Below, one piece after another: positions 1 to 12,900 of a stretch of 64,000 nt of DNA; within the stretch, counting starts at the first letter, position 1; each line of letters starts with the position of its first letter. The notes below the pieces were generated by a model that was not told the DNA's origin, searched no databases, and saw nothing but the letters and a program-made list of their open reading frames with translations. The stretch is from Octopus sinensis (lineage: Eukaryota), in the NCBI RefSeq assembly GCF_006345805.1, contig NC_043010.1, forward strand, positions 7,750,001 through 7,814,000, written 5' to 3'. The translations under genes were made by a program, and so were the position numbers.

Positions 1-54
1 CATTCTTGATAACATCTCAGACACATGCCCGAACAATATCTGTTAGAGGTAGTA

Positions 55-99
55 ATATATATACAAAATACTATATATATACATACATATATATATAGA

Positions 100-145
<46 letters not shown>

Positions 146-173
146 ATATATAATATTATATATATATATATTA

Positions 174-205
<32 letters not shown>

Positions 206-431
206 GTATATATGTATATATGTATATATATAATGTATATAGTATATACATATTATGTATATCTAGATAGATAGATAGATAATGTATGTTTATTTGTAAG
301 AGTTCTAATGCCTGGCTCCTCAATGTATGGAATAATTAGGGTGTGGATATGACTATATAAGTTATTGCAGTTGTCTAAAATGACAATGAAGAACAGATTT
401 TCGGGGAGAGAATAAATCTAAGGAAAAAGTT

Positions 432-463
<32 letters not shown>

Positions 464-656
464 AAGTTGGGTAGTAGAAATGAGAGATACAAACTCAGTA
501 TGTAAAGCAGAGGATACAAATTTATATTAGCTTTATAGGTAATAAATTCAGAAATATATGCATGTATGTTGCGTTTATATATATATAATATATAATATAA
601 TATATATATATATATTATATATATATACATTATATATATATGAATATATATATATG

Positions 657-717
<61 letters not shown>

Positions 718-815
718 TATATACATGCACACACAAACATATGTATAGATAATTACATACATATACACACTCGTACACACACCCACATGTATATTTATAT
801 ATGTATAAATATATA
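55..815. repeat. (TA)n/(TATG)n/(TG)n microsatellite blocks
   Basis: Visible simple-repeat blocks at about 55-290, 433-462 and 560-815; they generate the I/Y-rich ORFs. Confidence 0.95.
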
Positions 816-1080
816 TGTACAGATTGTTCCAGGAAAAAAAAATCCCTGCAACATTTTAACAGCTAATAACTTATTTAATTCTGATTTCTGCTTGGATTTA
901 ACCCATAAGAAATACAAAAGATAGACAGACTTGAATAAAGAAAATTTATCCTAAAATACTTCTGGAAATTTGAAAATGCAGTCTAAGTTCAAATACAGTT
1001 TAAGAAAGAGCTTCAATGAGTTCTACCAATGCAATAAACATACATTACACACACACACACGTGTATTATATATATATATA

Positions 1081-1481
1081 TACTCTTTTACTCTTTTACT
1101 TGTTTCAGTCATTTGACTGCGCCATGCTGGAGCACCGCCTTTAGTCGAGCAAATCGACCTCCCGGGACTTATTCTTTGTAAGCCCAGTACTTATTCTATC
1201 GGTTCTCTTTTGCCGAACTGCTAAGTGACGGGGACGTAAACACACAGCCATCGGTTGTCAAGCGATGCTAGGGGACAAACACAGACACACAAACATATAC
1301 ACACACACTTATATATATATATACAAATACGACAGTTTCCGTCTACCAAATCCACTCACAAGGCATTGGTCGGCCTGGGGCTATAGCAGAAGACACTTGC
1401 CCAAGATGTCACACAGTGGAACTGAACCCGGAACCATGTGGTTGGTTAGCAAGCTACTTACCACACAGCCACTCCTGCGCC
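1081..1481 (-). mobile_element. SINE family A, full length (tRNA-like head, central microsatellite, (AAAGAGT)n tail)
   Basis: Minus strand begins GGCGCAGGAGTGGCTGTGTGGTAAG...GGTTCAGTTCCAC (A/B-box-like) and ends AAGTAAAAGAGTAAAAGAGTA; near-identical to copies at 21631, 46847, 52551 and 54378. Confidence 0.9.
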
Positions 1482-1532
1482 TATATATATATATATATAT
1501 ACATATATACATGTATGTGTGTGTGTGTGTGT

Positions 1533-2015
1533 GTGCAAGAGAGATGAGTGTGCTGGTATGGCCATGTGATGTGTATGGATGAGGACAGCTGTATAAAGTG
1601 CCAATCTCTAACTGTGGAAGGAATCTGTGGAAGATATAGGACGAGGTAGTGAAGCATGATCTTTGAGTGCTGGGCCTCATGGAGGTGATGCGAAGTGACT
1701 GAGACCTTTGGTGATATGTTATGCATGAGAAAACTCGTCAAGCCAAGTGAAATCATAATCATGACCGATACCAATATCAAGTAACTGGCACTCATGCCGG
1801 TGGCACATAAAAGCACTCAAGCAAATGACATATAAAAAGCACCCATTACGCTCTCGGAGTGGTTGGCATTAGGAAGGGCATCCAGCTGTAGAAACACATG
1901 CCAAATCAGATTGGAACCTGGTGCAACTCTCTGGCTTACCAGGTCCCATTCAAACCATCTAATCCATGCCAGCATGGAAAGAAGAATATTAAATGATGAT
2001 GATGATGATGATGAT
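1533..2015 (+). mobile_element. RTE LINE 3' end: decayed ORF2 C-terminus, 3'UTR (family C) and (GAT)n tail
   Basis: Translates WYGHVMCMDEDSCIK...VEGICGR...DEVVKHDL...DLW*YVMHEKTRQAK* (stop 1748-1750), matching the RTE ORF2 C-terminal LRWxGHV...GRPxxxW pattern; then the family C UTR (AGGAAGGGCATCCAGCTGTAGAAAC) and a GAT tail. Confidence 0.8.
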
Positions 2016-2020
2016 ATATG

Positions 2021-2052
<32 letters not shown>

Positions 2053-2199
2053 TATATACACACACATATATATCCATATACATATATATATATAAAGAAT
2101 AAATATCTACATTGTCTGTAATGTGAATTAGATGTTTTACCCATACTCCTTTGAAGGATATTCATTTCCTTAGTTTGTTAGTACACACACACACACACG

Positions 2200-2233
<34 letters not shown>

Positions 2234-2237
2234 CATA

Positions 2238-2399
2238 GGCGCAGGAGTGGCAGTGTGCTAAGTAGCTTGCTTACCAACCACATGGTTCCGGGTTCAGTCC
2301 CACTGTGTGGCACCTTGGGCAAGTTTCTTCTACTATAGCCTTGGGCCACCCAAAGCCTTGTGAGTGGATTTGGCAGACGAAAACTGAAAGAAGCCTGTC

Positions 2400-2436
<37 letters not shown>

Positions 2437-2545
2437 TACATAATGTATATTTTTGTGTATCTATATTTGTCCCCCCAACATCACTTGCCAACCGATGCTG
2501 GTGTGTTTATATCCCCATCACTTAGTGGTTCAGCAAGAGAGAATA
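2238..2545 (+). mobile_element. SINE family A, 3'-truncated
   Basis: Starts GGCGCAGGAGTGGCAGTGTG; matches the family A head and centre. Confidence 0.85.
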
Positions 2546-3236
2546 TATAGAATATATATATATTGGAATATATATATATATACATATATTGGAATATATT
2601 TAATTCTGTTTCTTTTTCCACCCATGCCTCTAGTACTAGTTAGTCATTGTCAACTTGCAAATTTTTAAACCTATTGCCCTGAAGAAGGAGGAATTGCTAA
2701 ATAATGGGTATTATATCCCCTTATTTTTACCAGAAATCTAGAAATGATCATTGGTACCCTAATTTAACAATTTTTAGCTATCCTGACTTTTAATTTATTT
2801 CCTCCTAGTATCTTTTATTTCGATTTCATCACTACTTCTAACCTTCTTCAACATATTTATGTATACATGTATGTTTTAATATATTTATGTCTAATTCTAA
2901 AATTTTTTTTAATCTTTTATCTTACATATATATTTTTTTAATATATTTACTTGTTTATAGATTTTTTAAAAAAAATGTCTATGTATCTATATATTTTTAA
3001 TGTGTCATGTATAGAGCCGTTCTTGAAATTCATTTGAAATCGTAGTCATGTTCACAGATTAAATTACCTGGTCTTATGTTTCTTCATATCATATATTCTT
3101 ATCTTTTGTCTCAAGTTCCACTTGAACACTTCTAAGTGCAAACCTTAACATTGTCAGAGAATTTCTGATTAACCATATTCTTTCCCATAACTATTATGTA
3201 TTAATATATATATTATATTATATATATATATATATA

Positions 3237-3311
<75 letters not shown>

Positions 3312-3483
3312 CATGTATGTATGTATATCAACAGCTAAGTCCAATAAAATACCATAAAAAATTTTTCTTTCATCACTAAATGTAGTTTATTCCACTGGCA
3401 ATGTGACTGAAGGTGCCAAAGCATATGTACTGCTAGAAATAAGAGTTAAAGACTCTTTTAAATATATATATATATATATATAT

Positions 3484-3768
3484 ATCACCGTGACCGACCA
3501 GGCTATCAGATGTTGCTACACATCGCTGGTCACAATGCGCTTTGCATTGTTTCACCTCGTTAGCTATGTGAGAAGGCCAACAGAAGAGAGAGTGAGAGAA
3601 AGCTGTGGCAAACAAGTACAGCAGGGATCGCCACCACACCCTGCCGGAGCCTCGTGGAGCTTTAAATGTTTTTACTCAATAAACACTCACAATGCCTGGT
3701 CTGGGAATCGAAACTGCGATCCTACAACTGCAAGTCTGCTGCCCTAACCACTGGGCCATTGCACCTTC
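3484..3768 (-). mobile_element. SINE family D (tRNA-like head) with ATCACC/GGTGAT tail module
   Basis: Minus strand GGTGCAATGGCCCAGTGGTTAGGGCAG...GTTTCGATTCCCAGACC; head shared with 15784, 55780 and 60058; tail shared with 33238 and 37237. Confidence 0.8.
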
Positions 3769-3793
3769 ACACTCACACACACATATATATGTA

Positions 3794-3833
<40 letters not shown>

Positions 3834-4501
3834 TATACATACACACACGTACATATATACAGTTACAGTTGACCTGGGGTTAAACTAATAACAACATTTG
3901 ACCCATAAATGCTCTGTATTCTTTGCTATCATAAGAGATTCTGATCATTAGGACTGGCCAATTGTCTAGGGCATCTATTCAATACTCTATTCACTCTGCT
4001 GCTCCTCTCATCACTACTACAATATCTCTAATTCTCATAACCCTGCATCAACCTCTATGCTAAATCCTCCTGCCCTAAAACGGTAAAAGCAATAACCTTT
4101 CGGAGTATCATTCCAGTTCTTACGTTTTTTCCCACCATGTTTTTCTAATAAGCTGGAATTAAAAATGAACTTAAATTGCATCCGTTTCAACAGTTTCGGA
4201 GGGCCAGGGAATACTTAGGCACAGATTACCACTTCCTTCTGAATAAAGTGTAGCATATACATGCATACATACTTGCATACATACATACATACATACATAC
4301 ATACATGCATGCATGCATGCATACATACATATCAGCTGTCAAATCAGAAGTTAACATAAATCTAAAGATCAGCAAAAAACAAAATATCTACACTGAGGAA
4401 TCTACAACTGCTCTATCCAGATTACAAGCCCAGGTTTATACCTGTAATTATTGGGTCACTGGGATATGTAACACACTGCCTTTAAATATATCTGTGTCCA
4501 A

Positions 4502-4960
4502 CATCATCATCATCATCGTTTAACGTTCGCTTTCCATGCTAGCATGGGTTGGGCGATTTGACTGAGGTCTGGCAAACCAGATTGCTGTACCAGGCTCCAA
4601 TCTGATCTGGCAGAGTTTCTACAGCTGGATGCCCTTCCTAATGCCAACCACTCTGAGAGCGTAGTGGGTGGATTTATGTGCCACCGGCATGAGGGCCAGT
4701 CAGGTGGTACTGGCAACGACCATGCTCAAGTGGTGTTTTTTACATGCCACCTGCACAGGATCCAGTCCAGCGGCACTGGCAACGACCTTGCTCGAATATT
4801 TTTCATATTCCACCATCACAAGTGCCAGTAAGATGATGCTGGAAATGATCACATTTGAATGGTGCTTTTTAGATGCCACCAACATAGAAGCCAGTCAGCT
4901 ACTCTGGCAGCGATTATGGTCGGATGGTGCTCTTAGTGCTCCTCTGGCACAGGTGCCAGT
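4502..4960 (-). mobile_element. RTE 3'UTR (family C) with several degenerate ~67-bp units
   Basis: (CAT)n tail, GTTTCTACAGCTGGATGCCCTTCCTAA motif and repeated GGTGCTTTTTA.GTGCCACC units. Confidence 0.8.
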
Positions 4961-5291
4961 CATTAAATTTGCAAATTGGATTTAAGAGACAAAATAAACA
5001 CATTTGGGGAAAAAAAATCTGTGTGAAAGCCCTTCTTACACACATCTTGGTCGTCGTCATCAGCATCATCATTTAATGTTTGTATTCCATGCTGACATGG
5101 GTTTGATGGTTTGATGGGAGCTGGCAAGCTCAAGGGCCAAGCTTGGCTCCTTTGACTGTTTTGAAATGGTTTCTATGGCTTGATGACCTTCCTGTGCCAA
5201 CCACTTTACAAAGTGTACTAGATGCTTTTTACAAGGCACCATCACCTGTGCATTTTATGTGGCACACACACACACACACACACATGCATGC

Positions 5292-5323
<32 letters not shown>

Positions 5324-5327
<4 letters not shown>

Positions 5328-5495
5328 GTTATCCAAACAAGAAAGCACAAAAAAAACACAACAACGCGAGGACTTGGAACAAATATAGAATTATTGGACG
5401 CTCAGGAAAGAAGGAAAGAAGGAGGGTTTAACGTTTCGAGTGGAGCTCTTCATCGGAAACATAGGAGAAGGAAAGATCCAGAGAAGGGAAGACAA
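5324..5495 (-). mobile_element. PLE pseudo-LTR-like repeat (family F) carrying a minimal hammerhead-like motif
   Basis: Second copy at 19125-19330; HHR-like fold at 5426-5460. Confidence 0.6.
5426..5460 (-). ncRNA. Minimal type I hammerhead-like motif (variant core CCGAUGA)
   Basis: Minus strand GTTT-CCGATGA-A-GAG ctcca CTC-GAAA-CG-TT-AAAC: stem I GTTT/AAAC, 3-bp stem II, palindromic ACGT stem III; U4 replaced by C. Confidence 0.5.
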
Positions 5496-5665
5496 TCAAC
5501 ATCAGACTTAATTTATTAAATAGAGTTTAATAAATTTCATCAAATGAACTAAATGAAGTGGACTCGATGTGAAAAGGGAATAAGTTTATATTTCATATTC
5601 TCAGACAATTGCTTCAGACAAAAGGACCAAGATTTCCAAAAGGAGAACATCATAGAGGTCGCATA

Positions 5666-5705
<40 letters not shown>

Positions 5706-5718
5706 TATATATATTATC

Positions 5719-6101
5719 TACTCTTTACCTCTTTTACTTGTTTCAGTTATTTGACTGTGGCCAAGCTGGAGCACCGCCTTTAGTCAAGCAAATCGACCCC
5801 AGAACATATTCTTTGTAAGCCTAGTACTTATTTTGTCGGTCTCTTTCACCGAACCGCTAAGTTACAGGGACGTAAACACACCAGCATCGGTTGTCAAGCA
5901 ATGTTAGTGGGGCGACAAACACAGACACACAAACATATTCACACACATCTTTCAGTTTCCGCCTACCAAAACCACTCACAAGGCTTTGGTCAGCCCGAGA
6001 CTATAGTAGAAGACACTTGCCCAAGGTGCCATGTAGTGGGACAGAACCCAAAACCATATGGTTGGTAAGCAAGCTACTTACCACACAGCCACTCTTACGC
6101 T
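5719..6101 (-). mobile_element. SINE family A
   Basis: Full-length match to family A, short central microsatellite. Confidence 0.88.
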
Positions 6102-6271
6102 TATTATATGCCCTTTGAAATACAAGTACTACTCACTTTTGCCAGCTGATAGGATTGGAACAACATGAAATAAAGAATCTTACTCAAGGACACAAGGCAT
6201 CGCCAGAAGCTGAACTCACAACCTTATTATTGTGACCCAGATACCTTAATCACCAAACCACGCACCTTCAC

Positions 6272-6315
<44 letters not shown>

Positions 6316-6317
<2 letters not shown>

Positions 6318-6459
6318 GTAAGTAGCTTGTTTTCCAACCACATAGTTCCGGGTTCAGTCCCACTATGTGGCACCCTGGGCAAGTGTCTTCTACTATAGCC
6401 TCGGACCGACCAAAGCCTTGTGAGTGGATTTGGTAGATGGAAACTGAAGGAAGCCCGTC

Positions 6460-6507
<48 letters not shown>

Positions 6508-6730
6508 GTTTGTGTGTGTATATGTTTGTCCCCACCCAACATCACTTGACAACCGATGCTGGTTGTGTTTACGTCCCCGTTACTTAGCAGTTCGGCAAAG
6601 AGATCGATAGAATAAGTACTAGGCTTACAAAGAATAAGTCCTGGGGTCGATTTGTTCGACTAAAGGCGGTGCTCCAGCATGGCCACAGTCAAATGACTGA
6701 AACAAGTAAAAGAGTAAAAGAGTAAGAGTA
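6316..6730 (+). mobile_element. SINE family A (head slightly truncated)
   Basis: Match to family A; tail AAAAGAGTAAAAGAGTAAGAGTA. Confidence 0.88.
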
Positions 6731-6747
6731 TATATATACATATATAT

Positions 6748-6784
<37 letters not shown>

Positions 6785-7659
6785 GCAAATGTGTGTGTGT
6801 ATATACCTATAAATGCATATATATAAATAATGTGTGTATATAATGTGTGTGTATATATATATATGTTTGTGTGTGTGTATACAATAGATAAATAAAGAAT
6901 GGCATGTTTTTATTTAATGAAACATATTCCTAACTCAGCAAAACTGCAAAAAGTCTTCAAGGCAGAAGCTTCGCCATATGGGATCAGTCATCAATGTTTC
7001 CACACAGACCACACACAGGTGCACGTACACCTGCACACAAAGGCACGCGCGCACACACAGACACGCACGTGCAAATTATATCTGTAGAGATATTTCTTAG
7101 TATCTTCATGCGCGTGTGTGTGTGTTTCAGTCGTCGTATCTGTATTGTAAGGATAGAAGTGTGTAAGGGAGATAACTGTTGCAATGTTAATGAGCAAGTT
7201 GTTTCTAGTGAATGAACGCAAAATCAGAGATTTCTACTCTCTACTCTGGGTAGAGATTTCTACTCTAGGCAAAATGCCTGAAATTTTTTTTTTTTGCGGG
7301 GGGAGGGGAGCCAGTCGATTAGATCGACTCTAGCTGGTACCTAATTTATCGACCTCGAAAGGATGATAGGCAAAGTCCACCTCGGCGGAAACGCAAGGTA
7401 GATAGATATTTTAAGGAAACTATTATAAGTATATATTTTTACTTGTTCTAGTCGTTGAATTACAACCATTCTGGAACAACGCAATGAAGAGTTTTAGGCG
7501 AAAAGATCGGCCTCGGTGCTTACGTACTTATTATTTTTTTTTGTTTTTTTTTTTGAAGTGTGGTAGTTATTCTGTTTTGGCTAAGCTATATATATTATAT
7601 ATATACTATATATAAAGAGAGAGAGAGAGAGAAAGAGATAGATAGATAAATAGATGGAG

Positions 7660-7736
<77 letters not shown>

Positions 7737-7755
7737 TGTATATGTTTGTGTGTGA

Positions 7756-8006
7756 GTGGAGGCACGTGGCTTAGTGGTTAAGGTTTCAGCATCATGATCG
7801 TAAGATTGTGGTTTCGATTCCTGGACCGGGCGATGCGTTGTGTTCTTGAGCAAAACACTTCATTTCATGTTGCTCCAGTCCACTCAACTGGCAAAAATGA
7901 GTAATGCTGCGATGGACTGACATCCCATCCACCTGGGGAACACATACACCATGGAAACCGGGAAACCGGGCCCATGATCCTAGCTAGGCTTTAAAAGGGC
8001 ACATTT
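7756..8006 (+). mobile_element. SINE family D-related variant
   Basis: GTGGAGGCACGTGGCTTAGTGGTTAAGG...GTTTCGATTCCTGGACC head; CTGCGATGGACTG..CCCATCC module shared with 55780. Confidence 0.7.
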
Positions 8007-8010
8007 ATTT

Positions 8011-8060
<50 letters not shown>

Positions 8061-8117
8061 CATATATGCATACACATACATACAAACATGTATGCATAAT
8101 CACATAAATATACATAC

Positions 8118-8280
8118 AGGCACAGGTGTTGCAGTATGGTAAGAAGCTTCTTTCCCAACCACATGACTCTGGGTTCAGTCCCACTGCATGGCATTGTGAG
8201 TAAGTGTCTTCTACTAACGCATCAGGCTGACCAAATGTTTGACTGAATCTTGTGGATGGAAACTGAAAGAAGCCTGTTAT
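8118..8280 (+). mobile_element. SINE family A head half, diverged
   Basis: GGCACAGGTGTTGCAGTATGGTAAGAAGC...GGAAACTGAAAGAAGCC. Confidence 0.7.
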
Positions 8281-8287
8281 ATATACC

Positions 8288-8518
8288 TATTTCTTTATTA
8301 CCCACAGGGGGTTAAACATAGAGGGGACAAACAAGGACAGATATAGGTATTAAGTCGATTACATCGACCCCAGTGCGTAACTGGTACTTAATTTATCGAC
8401 CCCGAAAGGATGAAAGGCAAAGTCAACCTTGGCGGAATTTGAACTCAGAACGTAACGATAGACGAAATACCTCTATGCATTTCATCCGGCATGCTAACGT
8501 TTCTGCCAGCTCGCCACC
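8288..8518 (-). mobile_element. SINE family B
   Basis: Minus strand GGTGGCGAGCTGGCAGAAACGTTAG...GAGTTCAAATTCC...GAAATAGGTA; degenerate ~11-bp TSD ending TACC. Confidence 0.88.
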
Positions 8519-8610
8519 TTCATATCTACCTCTGTGTGTGTGTGTCTTTGCATCCGCATTTGTATGTACACACATTCACTCACGCACACATATATATGTA
8601 TGTATGCAGC

Positions 8611-8840
8611 GTGGTCAATGCCAGTACCGCCTGACTGCCCCACCACCCATGCCGGTGGCATGTAAAAAACACCCACTACACTCTTGGAGTGGTTAGCACT
8701 AGGAAGGGCATCCAGCTGTGGAAACACTGTCAGATCAGATTGGAGCCTGGTGCAGCCTCCTGGCTTGCCGGTTCTCAGTCAAACCGTCCAACCCATGCAA
8801 ACCTGGAAAGCAGACGGTAAACGACAATGATGATGATGTA
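8611..8840 (+). mobile_element. RTE 3'UTR (family C)
   Basis: AGGAAGGGCATCCAGCTGTGGAAAC motif and GAT tail. Confidence 0.8.
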
Positions 8841-8850
8841 TGTATGTATG

Positions 8851-8884
<34 letters not shown>

Positions 8885-8908
8885 TGTATGTATGTAGGTA
8901 TGCATGTA

Positions 8909-8942
<34 letters not shown>

Positions 8943-9462
8943 CACTTAAACAGAAAAATGCATGCTTGTAATTGCATGTACATACATACATACATAAGAT
9001 AGATAGGTAGAGGGTAGATAGAAACACAGACATATATATGTACATGCAAACATTCATACATGCATAGAGACAGACATAAGGAAATGAATAATTAAACCCC
9101 ATATAACTCACATTCACACACGTACATATACACACACAAATACACATACACTTTAACGCATTTATAGTGAAGTTATCTATGTAATACTTGAGAACGTTTT
9201 TTCTATTTTTGAAAAAAGTGAACAGAAGGGAGGTAATTGTGTTTCCTTAATTGAAAATACTTTCCAATACATTATTGATGTTTACAATATGGATACACAC
9301 TTCTCAGAAACATGCTAATAACTTCTAACAATTAGTATAGGTCAGATATTTAAGTGGAACAGTATGACTGATTTCATTTCTCCTTTATATAGGAATTTTA
9401 TGCGATCAAAAGGATGAAATGTAAAGTTGACTCTTGTAGGGGATTTGAACTCAGAACATATC

Positions 9463-9815
9463 CATCATCATCATCGTTTAACGTCCGTTCTCCATGCTAG
9501 CATGGGTTGGACGGTTCGACCGGGGATCTGGGAAGCCAGAAGGCTGCACCAGGCTCCAGTCTGATCTGGCAATGTTTCTACAACTGGATGCCCTTCCTAA
9601 TGCCAACCACTCCGTGAGTGTAGTGGGTGCTTTTTACGTGCCACCTTCACAGGTGCCAGGCAAGGCTGGCAACAACCACGGTCGGATTGGTGCATTTTAC
9701 GTGCCACTGGCACGGAAGCCAGTCGAGGCGGTACTGGCATCGGCCACGATTCGGATGGTGCTTTTTACGTGCCACCGGCATGGAAGCCAGTCAAGGCGGC
9801 GCTGGCAGTCGAGGC
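9463..9815 (-). mobile_element. RTE 3'UTR (family C)
   Basis: (CAT)n tail, family C motif, about two 67-bp-type units. Confidence 0.82.
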
Positions 9816-9935
9816 GGCACTGACAGTCGAGGTATACCACAAAACCAAGGAATTTCTATCTGTCAGTCTGTCGGTTCAGTTAATACAACATTATTCATAT
9901 TATAGCATGCTGTTTAATTTATTATTTTTTTTTAG

Positions 9936-9996
9936 TAGAAAACTGGTTCTGTGACAGAATCAACCATTTCGAAGTTCATACTTCAACTCTTCTCAG
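9936..9996 (+). CDS. Candidate coding exon (unidentified)
   Basis: T-rich tract plus AG at 9934-35, GT at 9997-98; frame ENWFCDRINHFEVHTSTLL ends in phase 2, compatible with 20714. A second frame is also open, so support is weak. Confidence 0.15.
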
Positions 9997-10155
9997 GTGT
10001 GCAATATTTTCAAAACTGAATAAGGTGTGGTTTAATCGGTTTATTTACAAATACATTAATAAATAGGAAAACAAACAATACAAATAAAAAAATAACATTT
10101 CAAAAGAGCCAAACCATAAAATTCATTTACACTTATTTTGTTGTATCCTGTAGAA

Positions 10156-10530
10156 CAGTGGTTCTCGACTGGGGTCCAGATGATCCCTGGGGGCCAATGT
10201 AAGAGTTTTGGGGCTACACACAAGCAAACTAATAATAATAATAATAATAATGAAATTATTGTATACAGTGCTCAGGTGCACCACAACTTGTCAGAAAGTG
10301 CATATAAAGTACATGCAGTAATGTAATGTATGAGTCAGATACATGCTTGTGTGTGTATGGAGGGGAGAAAATCAGGTGTAGTGTTGGCGAATCTCAGAAA
10401 GCATGGAAGTTTTGAAGGATGCAGTGCTCCGACAACTAACAACTGATGCCGGCAGTTTGTTCCATGCTTCGGGTTCCACAGTAGTTCATTAAGGGTCCAT
10501 GAAAGAATTTTGTTTCAAATGTATTTATTG
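10156..10530. mobile_element. hAT/Charlie-like MITE remnant interrupted by a CR1 fragment
   Basis: Left TIR CAGTGGTTCTC at 10156 preceded by CTGTAGAA; body resembles the 38384 MITE; right TIR not found. Confidence 0.5.
10230..10472 (-). mobile_element. CR1-type LINE 3' end with (TTA)n tail
   Basis: Minus strand EAWNKLPASVVSCRSTASFKTSMLSEIRQHYT*; same family as 20785-21142. Confidence 0.8.
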
Positions 10531-10768
10531 TAAGAAACAGCTAGGTTACTTCCTCTCAGGTTTTACATAGTCCAACCTACACAAGGGAAGGCGTGATAAA
10601 CAAGATAAGAATTTTGATAGCTGCATCTATAAAACTACTTCCTATGAGGATCCACCCGAATAGAATAGAAGTCAAAGGAGTCCCTAGATAAAACAATGGT
10701 TCAGAATCCCTGCTATAGAATCATGAGATACTAGAAAATAAAGGGTGTCGTGTGAGTTAATGAGTAAA

Positions 10769-11137
10769 TCTCTATAAATATAAAGCTGAAGTTGTCTGTG
10801 TGTGGCAGGTTTGGTAGCCTTCAACTAACGCTATCTCCTCCGGGACCCTTTGGTGCAAGTTGACCAAAATTGAGAGTATGATAGAAGAAGGCTTGCTCTT
10901 CATTCTGTAGAAGATAAAATTCAAATCGGACCATGTTAACACCAAAAATTATTTACATAAAAAAGGTGCTTTTTTTCTATGAAAATCCCTATTTTTTACG
11001 ATTTTTTAACTGCTGTGTCGCCATTTTTCGGTGTATTTCAACCAGAAAAATTTTTCATTTAAAGAGAATAACAAGCTACATAATGGAAAATTTTAACTTT
11101 TCAAAAATTCCAATTCTAAAGGGTTGAAACAAACTAG
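10769..11137 (+). mobile_element. Non-autonomous Helitron-like element
   Basis: A|TCTCTATAAATATAAAGCTGAAGTTGTCTGTG 5' end like the 20407 and 62695 elements; possible CTAG end at 11134-37 but no 3' hairpin. Confidence 0.5.
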
Positions 11138-11579
11138 TTTTATATTAAAGTTATTCTTAAAAGCCATATAAAAAATTCAAAAGTCGACTCAAATATAACC
11201 TCAATGAAAGGCAAATTTATAAATTCTTTGAAATAGGGAATTAGTTGATTTAAAGACTAAGGTAAATAGCAGATAATATTACCGGGTTAATTTCATATTG
11301 TGAAAAATCTATATACATTTTATACATTTTTATTTTGCAATAAAATCTTAAATAGAAAAAAAATATATATTCTACACAACTTAAACCTAGCCTGAATTTA
11401 AATCTTATCTTTCAATGACTTATTATATTTTATTCAGGCTTGATCAACCTCATTTATCTATTCTGTTTATTTTCTGAAAGCATGCAAACCAATCATTAAG
11501 CGGAATCAAATTTTGAATCAGTTTCTGACTAAAGATTAACACGAATAATAAAAATAAAAAAAAAGTGTAAGCAAAATTA

Positions 11580-11708
11580 TATTATTATATATTTATTCAG
11601 AATATCACAAACAAAGTTATGATATATATATATTTGTGTATGTGTGTGTGTGTGCGTTTGTATGTATGCATATAAATACATATATATGTAGGTATATATA
11701 TATGTAGG

Positions 11709-11751
<43 letters not shown>

Positions 11752-11897
11752 GTATATATATCATATATATTATATAGATATGTGTGTATGTATATATAAA
11801 TATATATATATACATAAATATATATAAGTATAGTATATGTAGTATATATATGCAAACATATATTTATATACGTATGAATTAGTGTGTGTGTGTGTAT

Positions 11898-11932
<35 letters not shown>

Positions 11933-12599
11933 TGTATATATATATTTATGTGTGTATGTATGCATGCATGTATACATTAATAGCCGTGTGGTGAAAAAGT
12001 TTGCTTCTCAATAACATATTTTGGGGTTCAGTTATGTTCAGTTCCATTGCATTTCACCTTCAGAAATTGTCTTGCTCTACAACCCTAGGCCAGCGAAATC
12101 TTTGTATGAGGATCTGTTAAACAGAAACTAAAAAGAAACCAGTTGTGTATGTGTGTAACTGCATATATTCGTATCGCTTTGCCTTGATGTCATGTAAGTT
12201 GTGTCCAATTCCTATCTTTTGAGTAAACATGTCTTGCCCAGGAGAAATATTACATTGCTTCAAAACAAATGAAGATTGGTGACATGAAGAGTAGCCATTA
12301 ATTTTTTTTTTAAATCTGTCTCAATAAATTCTGTCTGAGACTTTCGAAATATGGAAATGTGAATGTAAAAAACACCCATGATTTTTATTTATGCATGTGT
12401 GTGTGGTGTGTGTGTGTGTATGTGTGTGTGTTTGTATGTGTGTGTATATATATATATATATGTATATATATGTACATGCATACATATATATGTATGTAAT
12501 GTAAATACATATGTATATATATGCATATATATAATATATACATATACATATATATACAATATATACATTTATATATTTATATATATATATATATATATA

Positions 12600-12637
<38 letters not shown>

Positions 12638-12654
12638 TATATATACACATATAC

Positions 12655-12687
<33 letters not shown>

Positions 12688-12900
12688 CATAGACATTATA
12701 TATATATATAGATATAATATATATATATATATTTATATATGCACACACACACATATATATATACACACACCTACATATATGTACATATGTATATATATGT
12801 ATATTTGAGTGTGTGTGCATGTGTGTGTGAGTGTGTGTGTGTATATGCACAGCATTTGTACATTTTGATGTGCATATGTGCACATGTATATGCAAAGATA
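11580..12900. repeat. (TA)n/(TG)n microsatellite blocks flanking a decayed SINE A head (about 11985-12150)
   Basis: Visible simple repeats; degraded GTGTGGTGAAAAAGTTTGCTT head. Confidence 0.85.

Noticed and set aside
418-924. I/Y-rich ORFs here and at 12321-13132, 30876-31390, 39847-40094, 45870-46456 and 49318-49807
   Set aside because: Translations of (TA)n microsatellites.
2672-2712. CTGAAGAAGGAGG hammerhead-like start
   Set aside because: No GAAA or stem III; at best a deleted relic.
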